Notes: generated from the sequence alone by a model not told the origin. A stretch of DNA of 64,000 nucleotides from Microgenomates group bacterium (GCA_049287205.1 JBAQFJ010000001.1:319041-383040), one strand, 5' to 3'. Shown: positions 49,565-60,054, numbered from the stretch's first letter. Numbers and translations: made by a program.

Positions 49565-51199
49565 TTAGGATAATCCCGTTATTGTACCGTCAGGCAGAAT
49601 ATCAATAATTTCTGCTGCGGGCTTTTTTGGAAGTCCCGGCATAGTCATGATATCACCAGTGATGGCAACAAAGAACCCCGCACCGTTTGAGAGTCGTACG
49701 GAATTAACAGAAATGGTAAATCCTGAAGGCCTGTTTAACAGTTTCGGATTGTCAGAAAATGAGTATTGTGTTTTTGCCATACATACCGGCAGGTTTGTAA
49801 TTCCCCACTGGGCAAACTGCTTTATCTGCCCTTTCGCAAGATCGGAAAACTTCACCCCGTCAGCACCGTAGATTTCTTTGGCAATGGTTTCAATTTTTTG
49901 TTCCAATGTAAGGTCAAGAGAATACAATTGATGAAATTTCCCGTTTGTTTTGATGGAGGCAAGCACTTTTTCTGCCAAGTCAACGCCACCTTTTCCACCT
50001 TTGCCCCAGACTTCACAAAGAGAAACAACAGCGCCGTATTTTTTGCAGTATTCGATAATGAGTTTGTGTTCCTCTTTTGTGTCGCTGGTAAATTTATTTA
50101 TTGCAACGACCGCCTGTAATCCGAATTTTTTCATGTTTTCCAGATGTTTGCCAAGATTTTCCAGTCCGAGTTCCAAATTTTCATTTCCGTGATGCTTCAA
50201 AGCGCGAACGGATGCCACGATGACGACAGTCGACGGATGCAGATCGCCAATCCTGCTTGTGAGGTTAAAGAATTTTTCCGCTCCAAGGTCTGCGCCGAAT
50301 CCCGCTTCTGTTACCACGTAGTCTGCAAGCGATAGCGCAAGTCGTGTTGCCATGATGGAGTTTGCTCCGTGCGCAATGTTGGCAAACGGACCGCCATGGA
50401 TGAATGCCGGTGTATGTTCAAGTGTCTGTACCAGATTTGGTTTTAATGCATCCTTTAAGAGTGCTGCAACTGATCCTGCAACACCAAGGTCTTTAATCGT
50501 GACGGGTTTTTTGTCAATTGTGGAGGCAACGATAATGCGTTCAATTCGTTTTTTGAGATCTTCCAAATCCTTGGAAAGACAAAGAACTGCCATAATCTCT
50601 GACGCTACCGTGATGTCAAAATGATCTTCCCGTACCACACCGTTTGCTTTGCCGCCGAGACCAATGACCATATTCCGTAAGGATCGGTCATTCATATCCA
50701 TAGCTCTGCGCCACGTAATTTTTGTTATATCAATGCCAAGTGCGTTTCCCTGCGTCAGATGATTGTCGATGATTGCGGCAACGAGATTATTTGCACAACC
50801 TATGGCATGCAGGTCGCCCGTAAAATGCAGATTAATGTCTTCCATCGGAATAACCTGACTGAATCCACCCCCGGTTGCTCCGCCTTTGACGCCGAACACC
50901 GGGCCAAGGGATGGTTCGCGAAGACAGATAATTGTTTTTTTAGCGAGTCGGTTCATTGCCTGTCCGAGGCCGATGGTGGTTGTTGTTTTTCCTTCGCCTG
51001 CTGGCGTTGGGTTGATTGCTGTGACAAGAATCAATTTTCCCTGTTTGCGGTTTTTACATTTTGCGATTGTGTCGTATTTAATTTTTGCTTTGTAGTCACC
51101 GTATAATTCTAAGTCACTTGCAGTGAGTCCGATTTTTTTAGCTATTGCCGTTATCGGAAGTAATTTTGTTTTTTGTGCGATGATAATATCTGAGTCCAT
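49565..51199 (-). CDS. fhs: Formate--tetrahydrofolate ligase
   Basis: FTHFS signature [15 protein letters not shown] and the conserved C-terminal region. Confidence 0.9.
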   Translation of the reverse strand: MDSDIIIAQKTKLLPITAIAKKIGLTASDLELYGDYKAKIKYDTIAKCKNRKQGKLILVTAINPTPAGEGKTTTTIGLGQAMNRLAKKTIICLREPSLGPVFGVKGGATGGGFSQVIPMEDINLHFTGDLHAIGCANNLVAAIIDNHLTQGNALGIDITKITWRRAMDMNDRSLRNMVIGLGGKANGVVREDHFDITVASEIMAVLCLSKDLEDLKKRIERIIVASTIDKKPVTIKDLGVAGSVAALLKDALKPNLVQTLEHTPAFIHGGPFANIAHGANSIMATRLALSLADYVVTEAGFGADLGAEKFFNLTSRIGDLHPSTVVIVASVRALKHHGNENLELGLENLGKHLENMKKFGLQAVVAINKFTSDTKEEHKLIIEYCKKYGAVVSLCEVWGKGGKGGVDLAEKVLASIKTNGKFHQLYSLDLTLEQKIETIAKEIYGADGVKFSDLAKGQIKQFAQWGITNLPVCMAKTQYSFSDNPKLLNRPSGFTISVNSVRLSNGAGFFVAITGDIMTMPGLPKKPAAEIIDILPDGTITGLS

Positions 51200-51223
51200 T
51201 GTGTCTCCTTTTTCTTGAAAAAC

Positions 51224-52558
51224 TTACTTTGTGATTCCGGGAACGGGAAATTTCGCGGTAAATTTCTTGACGTCTTTTGCGATGCCGATAAGGAATACGT
51301 CTTTATCCATTTTCTTTTTGAATTCCGTCATAAATTCTGCGCGTTTTGTTTTGTCTGTTGGCAATGGATAACCTTTGATGTGATCAATGATCGTTACAAT
51401 CCATTTTGCAATTTGCCGCATTTCTTTTTCTTTCATTCCCCTCGTGGTGATTGCCGGTGTTCCAAGTCTGAGTCCTGACGGATAGAAAGGAGATGCCGGT
51501 TCGCACGGAATTGTATTTTTATTTGCGGTCATGTGTGCAATATCCATTGCATACTCAAGTTGTGATCCAAGATTTCCTTCTTTGGAAAGATCCAAAAGAA
51601 GCAGATGATTGTCTGTGCCGCCGGAGACAAGCGTTATGCCGTGTTTTATAAATTCATCCGCCATTGCCTGTGAATTTTTTACTATTTGCGCCGCGTATTT
51701 TGCAAATGATGGTTTTGCCGCTTCATTCAGTGCAACTGCAATTCCTGCCGTTGTGTGATTATGCGGTCCACCTTGAAGACCAGGGAAAATTGCCTTATCG
51801 ATTTTTTGTGGGAGTTCAGGATCTTTTGTAAGTCCTTTTGCTGTTACCATAATCATGGCTCCTCGTGGACCACGAAGTGTCTTGTGTGTGGTTGTCGTGA
51901 TGATGTGTGCGTATTTGACTGGGCTTGTGTGCACCCCTCCTACAATTAGTCCTGATATGTGGGAAATGTCGGCAACAAGGTATGCGCCAATCGAGTCTGC
52001 AATACTAGCGAACTTGGCAAATTCAATTTCTCGGGCATATGCGGTTGCTCCGCACCAGATAAGTTTTGGTTTAAATTCCTTTGCGATTTTTTCCAGTTCT
52101 TCAAAATCAACGAGTCCGTTTTGTTTAACGTGATAGGGATAACTTTTGAAAAATTTTGCGGTTGCGCTGACTTTCCAGCCGTGGGTTAAATGTCCTCCAT
52201 CAACCAGATTCATGCCGCTTATCGGGTCTCCCGGATCAAGCAGTGCGTTATAGACGGCGAAATTTGCGGGAGATCCTGAATATGGTTGCACGTTTGCCGA
52301 TACGACACCAAATAATTTTTTTGCACGGTCAATGCATTCTTTTTCAATCTGATCGATATACGTGTTGCCGCCGTAATACCGGTGTCCCACAAATCCTTCG
52401 GAATATTTATTCGTGAGTATTGAGCCCATTGCCTCAAGAACGGATGGAGACACATAATTTTCCGAAGGAATCAGTTCAATTCCTTCTACTTGGCGTTTTT
52501 TCTCCTGTTCAATAGAAGTATAAATTTTTGTATCCGTTGTCTTGAGTTGCGATTTCAT
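51224..52558 (-). CDS. glyA: Serine hydroxymethyltransferase
   Basis: LIPSENYVSPSVLEA, and the PLP-lysine region TTTTHKTLRGPRG. Confidence 0.9.
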   Translation of the reverse strand: MKSQLKTTDTKIYTSIEQEKKRQVEGIELIPSENYVSPSVLEAMGSILTNKYSEGFVGHRYYGGNTYIDQIEKECIDRAKKLFGVVSANVQPYSGSPANFAVYNALLDPGDPISGMNLVDGGHLTHGWKVSATAKFFKSYPYHVKQNGLVDFEELEKIAKEFKPKLIWCGATAYAREIEFAKFASIADSIGAYLVADISHISGLIVGGVHTSPVKYAHIITTTTHKTLRGPRGAMIMVTAKGLTKDPELPQKIDKAIFPGLQGGPHNHTTAGIAVALNEAAKPSFAKYAAQIVKNSQAMADEFIKHGITLVSGGTDNHLLLLDLSKEGNLGSQLEYAMDIAHMTANKNTIPCEPASPFYPSGLRLGTPAITTRGMKEKEMRQIAKWIVTIIDHIKGYPLPTDKTKRAEFMTEFKKKMDKDVFLIGIAKDVKKFTAKFPVPGITK

Positions 52559-52624
52559 AATAATAGTAGTCTCCTTATGAAATGAATGATAGCGACATTA
52601 GCGGAGGGTTGCAATACACAACTG

Positions 52625-53179
52625 TTACTTACCCGTAATGATCAAATCGAGGCGGTAATCGTCGGGAGTTGTCGGGACAAAATCAAAGACTTGAAACGAA
52701 TATGCAATGCCGATTGTTGGCACATGCGCGGTTTTAAGGAGTCGGTCATAATATCCTTTTCCCATACCGATGCGCGATCCGTCTTTTCCGAACGCTACGC
52801 CCGGAACGATGCAGAGATCAACGTCTGACAGGGCTGCTTTTGTGCACGATTTTTTTGGTTCCAGAAGGCCGATCGTTCCCTTTTCCAGATCATCGTATGA
52901 TTGTATCTCGTAGAGATTGATAATTCCGCCTTCTATTTTTGGTACAACGAGCCGTTTCTCACCGTTAAACAGAATTTCATCAATAAGTACGTGTGTATCA
53001 ACTTCATCATCCATGGAAACATAGATGCATACGGTGTGTGCGTTTTGGTACAGTTGGTGATGTGTTATTTGTTGGAATACGGATCGGTCTGCTTTCTCCT
53101 GTGCAGGACCCTCAAATGTATGACGCTGTGCCCGGATTTGTTTTCGTAAGATTTGTTTTTGGTCTGCAATACTACTCAT
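52625..53179 (-). CDS. 5-formyltetrahydrofolate cyclo-ligase
   Basis: 184 aa. The MTHFS family Gly-rich motif GMGKGYYDR is near the C-terminus. Confidence 0.75.
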   Translation of the reverse strand: MSSIADQKQILRKQIRAQRHTFEGPAQEKADRSVFQQITHHQLYQNAHTVCIYVSMDDEVDTHVLIDEILFNGEKRLVVPKIEGGIINLYEIQSYDDLEKGTIGLLEPKKSCTKAALSDVDLCIVPGVAFGKDGSRIGMGKGYYDRLLKTAHVPTIGIAYSFQVFDFVPTTPDDYRLDLIITGK

Positions 53180-53183
53180 CCCT

Positions 53184-54368
53184 TCATTTTAGTGTATATG
53201 GGATGGATAAGCCACCACGCATTTTCCCGATGAGTTCCATACTGCCGGTGATAAGAAATAGAGTGTCAGTACGACCTTTGATATATGCAATCGCCTCGGT
53301 AACAGGTATATCCTGTTTGTTTTTTATTGTTTCCAATGAAACGGATAGAAACATCTTTGCAATCGGCTTGAGTATTTTTTGAAAAGAACGCATTTCCTCC
53401 GTGTTTTTTTGTCGGAGGATGATTGTCATTTTTTTGTTTGGATATTTTTGTTGCAGATAGATAAGAAGAAAACACATTTTTTCTTTGTTGTGTGCACTAT
53501 CCATGATGATAGTATTTGTTCCAAGCTGTTGTACTTCAAATCGTCCGGGAAATTTCATGGACGCAAAAGCGGCATTGATTTGTTCGTCCGTCAGATCCGT
53601 ATAATTTTTTGCGGCACATATGGCAAGCGCTACATTTGAACGCTGCACTTCTCCATCAGGTGGAACGGAAAGCGCTGTGATGCTATCCTCCGTGACTGAA
53701 AATTGCACCGTTGCCTGTATTGGTTTTGCAAGTGACCGCATATATGTTTGCAATGGTGTTTGTGTTACGCCGGCAATAATTTTGGTATGTGTTCTTGCAA
53801 GTCCCATTTTTTCTCTGAGTATTTCTTTTTTTGTCGCCCCAAGAATATCGGTGTGTACAAGATATATATTGGTGATGACGAGCATGTCTGAGTTACCTAT
53901 ATTGGTTGCGTCGAGTCTCCCGCCACGCCCCGCTTCAATGACGGCTACATCAACGTGGTTGTCGGAAAAATACAGGAGCATGATGGCGACAAGCAGTTCA
54001 AAATATGTCGGCTGTTCTTTCATTGCCTCAACAGCCAATTTGACCTTGTTTCCATATCGGACAAATACATCATTTGGTATCGGCGTTCTGTTTATACATA
54101 TGCGTTCCGTCATCGACTGAAGATGCGGTTTTGTATGAAGGCCGACGGTAAATCCTTTTTGTTCCAGCATGCTTGCAATCATGTATGCGGTTGAACTTTT
54201 TCCATACGACCCCGTTACATGGATAGTACGCAGATTTTTTTGCGGGTCACCTAAGAGATGCATAAGTGTTGTTATTCGTTTGAGCGTTCGTTCTTTTGCC
54301 CCTTCAGGCGAAATGAAAGAAAGACAAAAGTTTTGGGCTTCTTCAAACGTATGGAAGATATCTGTCAT
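53184..54368 (-). CDS. folC: Folylpolyglutamate synthase (Mur ligase family)
   Basis: P-loop VTGSYGKSST, with Mur ligase middle and C-terminal domains. Confidence 0.8.
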   Translation of the reverse strand: MTDIFHTFEEAQNFCLSFISPEGAKERTLKRITTLMHLLGDPQKNLRTIHVTGSYGKSSTAYMIASMLEQKGFTVGLHTKPHLQSMTERICINRTPIPNDVFVRYGNKVKLAVEAMKEQPTYFELLVAIMLLYFSDNHVDVAVIEAGRGGRLDATNIGNSDMLVITNIYLVHTDILGATKKEILREKMGLARTHTKIIAGVTQTPLQTYMRSLAKPIQATVQFSVTEDSITALSVPPDGEVQRSNVALAICAAKNYTDLTDEQINAAFASMKFPGRFEVQQLGTNTIIMDSAHNKEKMCFLLIYLQQKYPNKKMTIILRQKNTEEMRSFQKILKPIAKMFLSVSLETIKNKQDIPVTEAIAYIKGRTDTLFLITGSMELIGKMRGGLSIPYTLK

Positions 54369-54380
54369 ACAGTACAGGGC

Positions 54381-56048
54381 TTACACGTTGTAGTGGCAGA
54401 TTTTATGAATCATTTCGTCGGTTGTTAAAAATTCTTTATATAATGCCTTGACGCTCGGATTATCATGGGCAAATCGAATCGTTGATTTTTGGTCTATCGT
54501 AAATAATGATGCTGCACGTTTTTTCCGTATTTCATCATTGACTGGGGTTGGTTGTCCTCCTCCTCCAATGCAACCACCTCGACACGCCATGACTTCGATG
54601 TAATCAAAATCTTTCAGTTTGGCAATGATTTTTCCGACATTGCCGAGTCCGTCAATTGCAGCAACCCGAAGGGAAAGGTTTGGTGCTTTCACGATCATGG
54701 TTTTGTATCCGTCGAGTGCTTTTATTTCTTTAAATTCCAGAATTTCCGGATTTTTCCCTGTCAGCATGAAAAATGCGGACCTTAGTGCTGCCACCATCAC
54801 ACCTCCTGATGCGCCAAAGATCACACCAGCGCCCGTTGGTTGTCCTAACGGATCATCCATTGGAACACCTTTGAGTTTGGTTATGTCAATTCCTTTTTCT
54901 TTTATGAGTCTGGCAATTTCAACTGTGGTCAATACACTGTCGATACGTCTGACGTCATCAATCATAAATTCAGGCCGATTGGATTCCCATTTTTTTGCAA
55001 GACACGGCATAACGGATACAACGTGAATGTTTTCCTTTGGAATGTTCATCTTGGCTGCCCACTGCCATTTAATAAGCCCGCCCATGATCATCTGCGGTGA
55101 ATGCACGGTCGTCAAATGTGGAAGCAGTTTTGGAAAATAGACTCCTAAATATCTGACCCATCCGGGGCAACAGGAAGTAAGCATTGGAAGTTTTTCTTTT
55201 GTTTGGATTTGCTTCACCAATTCTTTTGCCTCTTCTACTGTCGTAAGGTCTGCAGCAACTGCCGTATCAAATACATAATCAAATCCCAGTTTTTTTAGCG
55301 CTTCCGTCAGCTGTTCTGTAGCAATCGTCCCATACGGCAAGCCAAACGCTTCACCAATTGCAGCCCGTACTGCTGGAGCAATTTGTGCAACCATAACTGG
55401 TTTCTTGTCTTTTTTTGTTAGAAGCGCAGAGACATTGTTGTACATGGTTGGGTTAACAGAGATTGCTCCGGATGGGCAGTGTGCTAAGCATTGTCCGCAA
55501 AAGACACAAAATCTGTTGTCTCGCTTGGTAATTTCTTCTTTGAACCCGTAATTTTTTATGGTGACTGCACAGACACCCTGTGCCTGACATGCCTTAATGC
55601 AATTTCGGCAATCCACGCATTTTTTTAAGTCATAATCAAGAATATCGCCAAAATGAAATTTGCCCCGTGTGGTTTTTCTCGGTTTCATTTTGGATGTTTC
55701 GCATACTCCTGCGGTACAGGTAATTTCTTTAAGCAAGGTTTTTGCAAAGTTTTCGTTTGTGCCTTCGTAGTTTGCGATGAGAAGTTCTGCGTTGGTTTTT
55801 CGAAGCTTTAGGATTTCTGTTGTATCGGTTTTTACTACCATACCCTCTTGAGTAATGGCGTTGCAGGATGTCATGATTTTTCCGTTTATTTCTACAAGAC
55901 AGAGTCTGCAATTTTCTTCCGGTCCGAAATCAGGGTGATAACACAACGCTGGTACATTGATATGCATATCCTTGAGTACTCCAAGGAGCTGCTTATTTTT
56001 TTCAACCGTCAGCTTTTTTCCATCGACAATAATTGTTATTGTTTCCAT
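54381..56048 (-). CDS. hydA: [FeFe]-hydrogenase catalytic subunit HydA (M3 type: 2Fe-2S + 2x[4Fe-4S] + H-cluster)
   Basis: N-terminal plant-type ferredoxin Cys pattern, two CxxCxxCxxxCP motifs, and H-cluster motifs TSCCPGW, MPCLAKKWE and EVMACRGGCIGGGGQP. The start is taken at METITIIVDG. Confidence 0.85.
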   Translation of the reverse strand: METITIIVDGKKLTVEKNKQLLGVLKDMHINVPALCYHPDFGPEENCRLCLVEINGKIMTSCNAITQEGMVVKTDTTEILKLRKTNAELLIANYEGTNENFAKTLLKEITCTAGVCETSKMKPRKTTRGKFHFGDILDYDLKKCVDCRNCIKACQAQGVCAVTIKNYGFKEEITKRDNRFCVFCGQCLAHCPSGAISVNPTMYNNVSALLTKKDKKPVMVAQIAPAVRAAIGEAFGLPYGTIATEQLTEALKKLGFDYVFDTAVAADLTTVEEAKELVKQIQTKEKLPMLTSCCPGWVRYLGVYFPKLLPHLTTVHSPQMIMGGLIKWQWAAKMNIPKENIHVVSVMPCLAKKWESNRPEFMIDDVRRIDSVLTTVEIARLIKEKGIDITKLKGVPMDDPLGQPTGAGVIFGASGGVMVAALRSAFFMLTGKNPEILEFKEIKALDGYKTMIVKAPNLSLRVAAIDGLGNVGKIIAKLKDFDYIEVMACRGGCIGGGGQPTPVNDEIRKKRAASLFTIDQKSTIRFAHDNPSVKALYKEFLTTDEMIHKICHYNV

Positions 56049-57115
56049 ATGCGTGTCCGTTTTTCCAGTAAGCTTGTTAGTGCCATTCCTGCACCGAGGC
56101 CTAATCCGCAAAAACTTGTTTTTGATAGGGCTGATGCGATGTCTGTTGCCCGCGTTTCATCCCATGTGTTTGTTGTTACCATTTCATGCAGTCTAAATAG
56201 TCCCTCTCTGCATGGTGTACATTTTCCGCAATTTTCATTGATGAGAAACGTAAACTTAACTTTTAACAGTTCCATCAGCGTATGTTTTGTGTTGTCGTAT
56301 ACGAGGACTGCGCCTGTTCCCCTGTTTGCAGGTGTTGTAGCAAATTCATCTTCAGTCACATAGATGCCGCTTGCGCCGCCGCCGAGTTGCACAAAACTGT
56401 GTGGTATATCATTGTGTGTTTGTTTGAGAAGGTCACTCAGAGATATAGTTGTTGATGCCGCAAAGACACCACTGTGCGGAATGTCTCCTGTTATGGAATA
56501 CATGCGGGTGTCATCATATACATTGTTTGCGATTTGTCCGATTTGATAAAACGTTTCCAGATTGTTGATGATCGTCGGCTGACCGAATAATCCAACTTCA
56601 GAAATATAGGGAGGTTTTCTTCTTGGCTCCAGTCGTCTTCCTTCAATTGCATTAACGAGTACCGTGTTTTCGCCGCACAAATAGCCGCCCGGTTCTTTAA
56701 ATACAACAACCGGAAGTGTGGGGTACTTGTGTGTCAGTTCTTGTTTTATTTTTTCGTTATATGTTTCAAAATAATCTTTTCGGAGATAGAGATAGATAGT
56801 TTTTGTCTGCGGGAAAATTGTGTATGCAGCAAGGATTCCCTCGAGAAGATTGGTCAGGTGGTGTTCCAGTATATATCCGTCTTTCTGTGTTCCCGGTTCT
56901 CCCTCTGAACCGTTTACAGCCATATACAGTTCTGTATGGTGTTTTTCAAACATCTCTTTCCATTTGGTCGCTGTTGAGTAGCCGCTTCCTCCGCGGCCAA
57001 TAAGTTTTGCATTTGCAATCTTTGCAAGTAGTTCTTCAGGAGACTGTTGATTCATTTTAGCTGCTTGATCTGTTAAAGAATTTCTTCTTTTTTCATCCGG
57101 ATAAACCGGATCCAT
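56036..57115 (-). CDS. NuoF-like flavoprotein subunit (NADH-binding 51 kDa family; HydB-like)
   Basis: GRGGSGYSTATKW (FMN/NADH site), a SGVFAAS segment and CGKCTPCREG (N3 [4Fe-4S]). At 359 aa it is shorter than typical NuoF or HndC proteins. It overlaps hydA by 13 nt. Confidence 0.7.
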   Translation of the reverse strand: MDPVYPDEKRRNSLTDQAAKMNQQSPEELLAKIANAKLIGRGGSGYSTATKWKEMFEKHHTELYMAVNGSEGEPGTQKDGYILEHHLTNLLEGILAAYTIFPQTKTIYLYLRKDYFETYNEKIKQELTHKYPTLPVVVFKEPGGYLCGENTVLVNAIEGRRLEPRRKPPYISEVGLFGQPTIINNLETFYQIGQIANNVYDDTRMYSITGDIPHSGVFAASTTISLSDLLKQTHNDIPHSFVQLGGGASGIYVTEDEFATTPANRGTGAVLVYDNTKHTLMELLKVKFTFLINENCGKCTPCREGLFRLHEMVTTNTWDETRATDIASALSKTSFCGLGLGAGMALTSLLEKRTRIWKQ

Positions 57116-58653
57116 TCTTCGACAACGCCAAAAATAACTTTTAAGGGCGCTTCGAGAATAAAGTCGAATAAAAAGATGAAGAAATTAATTTTTGCAATTT
57201 CTTTGGATAGCATATCGCCTGCGCGGAGGATCGGGAGAAAGAAAAAATCAATGAGCGGCTCAAACACACCCTGGTGTTCGATCACCTGATACTCTTTTGC
57301 GGATTCGCGGATACGGTACGCAAATATGGTAACCAGTGCCACAAAAAAGACAAAGATGACTTGGCTGACAATGCTGAACTCGAGTGTATGCAACCCCCAC
57401 GAGATAAGGCCAAACACGACGCCGAATGCGAATACATAAAAAATCGTAAATATTGCTGATAGAATAGGTCGTTTATTGTGTACTACGCCTGTGTACGGAA
57501 TTCCTGAAACGCGTATATCGTCGAAGTGATAGAGAATGTCTTTTGCTTTTGTGACAAGAATTTTTGTATTCTGAGATCCGGGAATTTTGATAAACCCCGC
57601 GATGAACGCAAGGAGCGTTGGCGGGAATATCAAATTAATGATAAGCGGCACCCATGCAATCTTTTTGAGGATAAAGGCATCATATGGTGCTTCCAGTGCA
57701 AGTGCCAACACCATTTTGGTGAGGAAAATATAAATGATGCTTCGGATCACTGCGCGCCGCATTTTTGCTCCTATTTCGTGATAGCGTTTGTTTGCCATTG
57801 CTTCGAGCGCCATGGTAAGTTTTTCGGGATCTTCAATAGTTTGTTTCAGTTCTGATTCTTTTTCTTCGAGAAATAGGTCACGGATCAGGCGGTATGGTGG
57901 AAGTTGTGCGCGAAGGTGTCTGACGATTGGTGCGTTGACGCGTAAAAATAAATTTTCCTGAATATACTGCACATGTTCTAAAAAGGTATCGATGTTTGCT
58001 TCGATGGTTTCATCTGTGACGCTAAACCATGCAGGATTCATGATGCGCAAGAGGTGATAGGAAATGAGTGCATTGTCCGCCTGCGCGAATGCCCGCTCAA
58101 CGGCAATATAGGTCTGGATATCGAGTTGTTTCTCATCAAGTTTTGTAATCTGTATCCGTGATCTGAACGCCTGATACACAAAATTAACGAGTGCTGCTCT
58201 TCGGGTTGGTGAAATGATTGCTTCATCAATTTCACTTGATGCAAGACCAAGCATTGTGGACCATTTTAATCCAAGCGCTTTACCGTTTGCCCCAAACACC
58301 CGTTGCTTGATGTACAGGTATCGGGAAATAATATTTTCGAGTTCTTGGCTAATTGCGTCATTGACCAGTGAGCTGTCTATGTATTTTGCCCACATGAGTT
58401 CGATGGCAAGGTTTTCCGCGATCATGTGCGCATTTTCACCGAGCATAATGCGTCGTTTGAGAATGCGTTCAATAGCTGCACGCCTGACTAAATGTTCTGC
58501 GCGGAATTCCACTGCATTTCTTGCTTTTTCGTACAGACTGGCAAGTGCGGAGACGGTTCGTGATACGGAAACTCCACTGTCCCCTTTTGAAGTGACGTGT
58601 TCTGATTCAAATACTGCAAGCAGATTTTCAACTGTTTTAGATAATTGCATAGG
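57073..58653 (-). CDS. Hypothetical protein with an N-terminal soluble helical domain and a C-terminal polytopic membrane domain
   Basis: About 525 aa with no recognisable motif. Its 3' end overlaps the start of the NuoF-like gene by about 40 nt on the same strand. Confidence 0.45.
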   Translation of the reverse strand, partial: PMQLSKTVENLLAVFESEHVTSKGDSGVSVSRTVSALASLYEKARNAVEFRAEHLVRRAAIERILKRRIMLGENAHMIAENLAIELMWAKYIDSSLVNDAISQELENIISRYLYIKQRVFGANGKALGLKWSTMLGLASSEIDEAIISPTRRAALVNFVYQAFRSRIQITKLDEKQLDIQTYIAVERAFAQADNALISYHLLRIMNPAWFSVTDETIEANIDTFLEHVQYIQENLFLRVNAPIVRHLRAQLPPYRLIRDLFLEEKESELKQTIEDPEKLTMALEAMANKRYHEIGAKMRRAVIRSIIYIFLTKMVLALALEAPYDAFILKKIAWVPLIINLIFPPTLLAFIAGFIKIPGSQNTKILVTKAKDILYHFDDIRVSGIPYTGVVHNKRPILSAIFTIFYVFAFGVVFGLISWGLHTLEFSIVSQVIFVFFVALVTIFAYRIRESAKEYQVIEHQGVFEPLIDFFFLPILRAGDMLSKEIAKINFFIFLFDFILEAPLKVIFGVVEEWIRFIRMKKEEIL

Positions 58654-58813
58654 TAACCCAAATGAATGGTTTTTCGTACCTAAGTATCTATTATACACGA
58701 GAGTTCAGTTGATCGCATTATGGGTTGGTAGGCGTACCTTTGCGTGTGACCAATTTTTCTTTCATGATGTGTACAGTTGACGTGATTTTTTAAAAAATAT
58801 AGAATGATGGCCT

Positions 58814-59446
58814 ATGTCAGATCCGGAGCGTTCAATCGAGAAAGATGCAATAGACGAATCTTGGAAGTCATCCCAACTTTCGACAATTTTGGAACCCACA
58901 TCTCTCAATTACAATAGATTTTTAGTTTCCATTGCCTATCCAAAATATTCTCCAAATGTATTCGGGTACATCGAACTTGAGCCACTTATTAAAGGGTCCG
59001 GTGGATTGAATATTCCCCTTCGATTGTCAGAACGTCACCCCCTTTTTCACGTTGCTGAAGCTAATGTTGAAGCGATGAATCAAATGAACGTGGCTCTTGG
59101 CAATTCCATGAGCCTTTCGGAAATTATCCAAAAAACGCAAATAGATTCGCATGATTTAGTAGCTATGTATCAGAATTTTGGTTTTTCCGTGACGTATAAC
59201 GAAAAAGGTTTTTGGCCGGAACCACTCCATGGATTTACGCTTAATTTTGGAGGTTTAGTAACGGGAGATATTAGCTTATGGATGTATAAATTTAGAAATC
59301 CTCTGACTGATGAGATTCCTTTTTCTGCAAGGTTTGATCCGAATAATCCTGTTTGGAGAGAATCCGCTCAAAAATTCAGCACCGCAATAAATACTTCTTT
59401 ACCTTTGATTGTCCGTCCGGCAAATGTGCGGAGTGTGCTGAAATAA
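58814..59446 (+). CDS. Hypothetical protein
   Basis: 210 aa ORF with coding-like composition and no recognisable motifs. Confidence 0.4.
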   Translation: MSDPERSIEKDAIDESWKSSQLSTILEPTSLNYNRFLVSIAYPKYSPNVFGYIELEPLIKGSGGLNIPLRLSERHPLFHVAEANVEAMNQMNVALGNSMSLSEIIQKTQIDSHDLVAMYQNFGFSVTYNEKGFWPEPLHGFTLNFGGLVTGDISLWMYKFRNPLTDEIPFSARFDPNNPVWRESAQKFSTAINTSLPLIVRPANVRSVLK

Positions 59447-59473
59447 CTATTTTGATTTCCGAATTTACGTAAA

Positions 59474-59815
59474 TTAACTCACTTGTTTATGTTGCTCATG
59501 AGACCACGCCGGAGTGCAGTATATAAATAACCTCAGATTTCCTTCCCAAGAGAATTGCTCGCCTTTATCAATCACAATTAAATCTTCACTTTTTACATCA
59601 AATGACTTTCCTTCAATAACAACTTGACCGTTTCCTTCAATAATATAGGCAATTTCTCTGCATACTTTATTAACCACATGTCCTTTTTCAGGATATCTTC
59701 CCGTAACGTTTACAACTGCTCCGTCTATATCTTTAACGCCTAGGTCAAATTCAAATCCATTACAATTGGGGCTATTGCTATATTCTTTTGCTTGATTTCG
59801 ATAGAGTATTTTCAT
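59474..59815 (-). CDS. Cupin-domain protein
   Basis: 113 aa beta-barrel-like protein with a cupin motif region (GHVVNKVCREIAYIIEGNGQVVIEG). Confidence 0.5.
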   Translation of the reverse strand: MKILYRNQAKEYSNSPNCNGFEFDLGVKDIDGAVVNVTGRYPEKGHVVNKVCREIAYIIEGNGQVVIEGKSFDVKSEDLIVIDKGEQFSWEGNLRLFIYCTPAWSHEQHKQVS

Positions 59816-59927
59816 ACAGCATATGAAACGTCAAACGTTTCATCAATAATTTATAAGAATATAATGTAAGGAAGTCGCGTCAAACGCGACTCCTCGTCAA
59901 TCTCGGGGGAACCGAGTTTGACTCGGG

Positions 59928-60003
59928 GGTGACTGAAGGGATTCGAACCCTCGACATCCTCCTCCACAGGGAGGCGCTCTAACCGGACTGAGCTACAGCC
60001 ACC
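59928..60003 (-). tRNA. tRNA-His (anticodon GTG) with a genomically encoded G(-1)
   Basis: Manual fold: G(-1)+GTGGCTG acceptor pairing with CAGTCAC, discriminator C, anticodon loop CTGTGGA, T-arm GAGGG-TTCGAAT-CCCTT. Confidence 0.8.
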
Positions 60004-60054
60004 AATGGTTACAAGTATATCGTACTTTCGAGCGTTCGGGAAGAGCGTTAGCGT

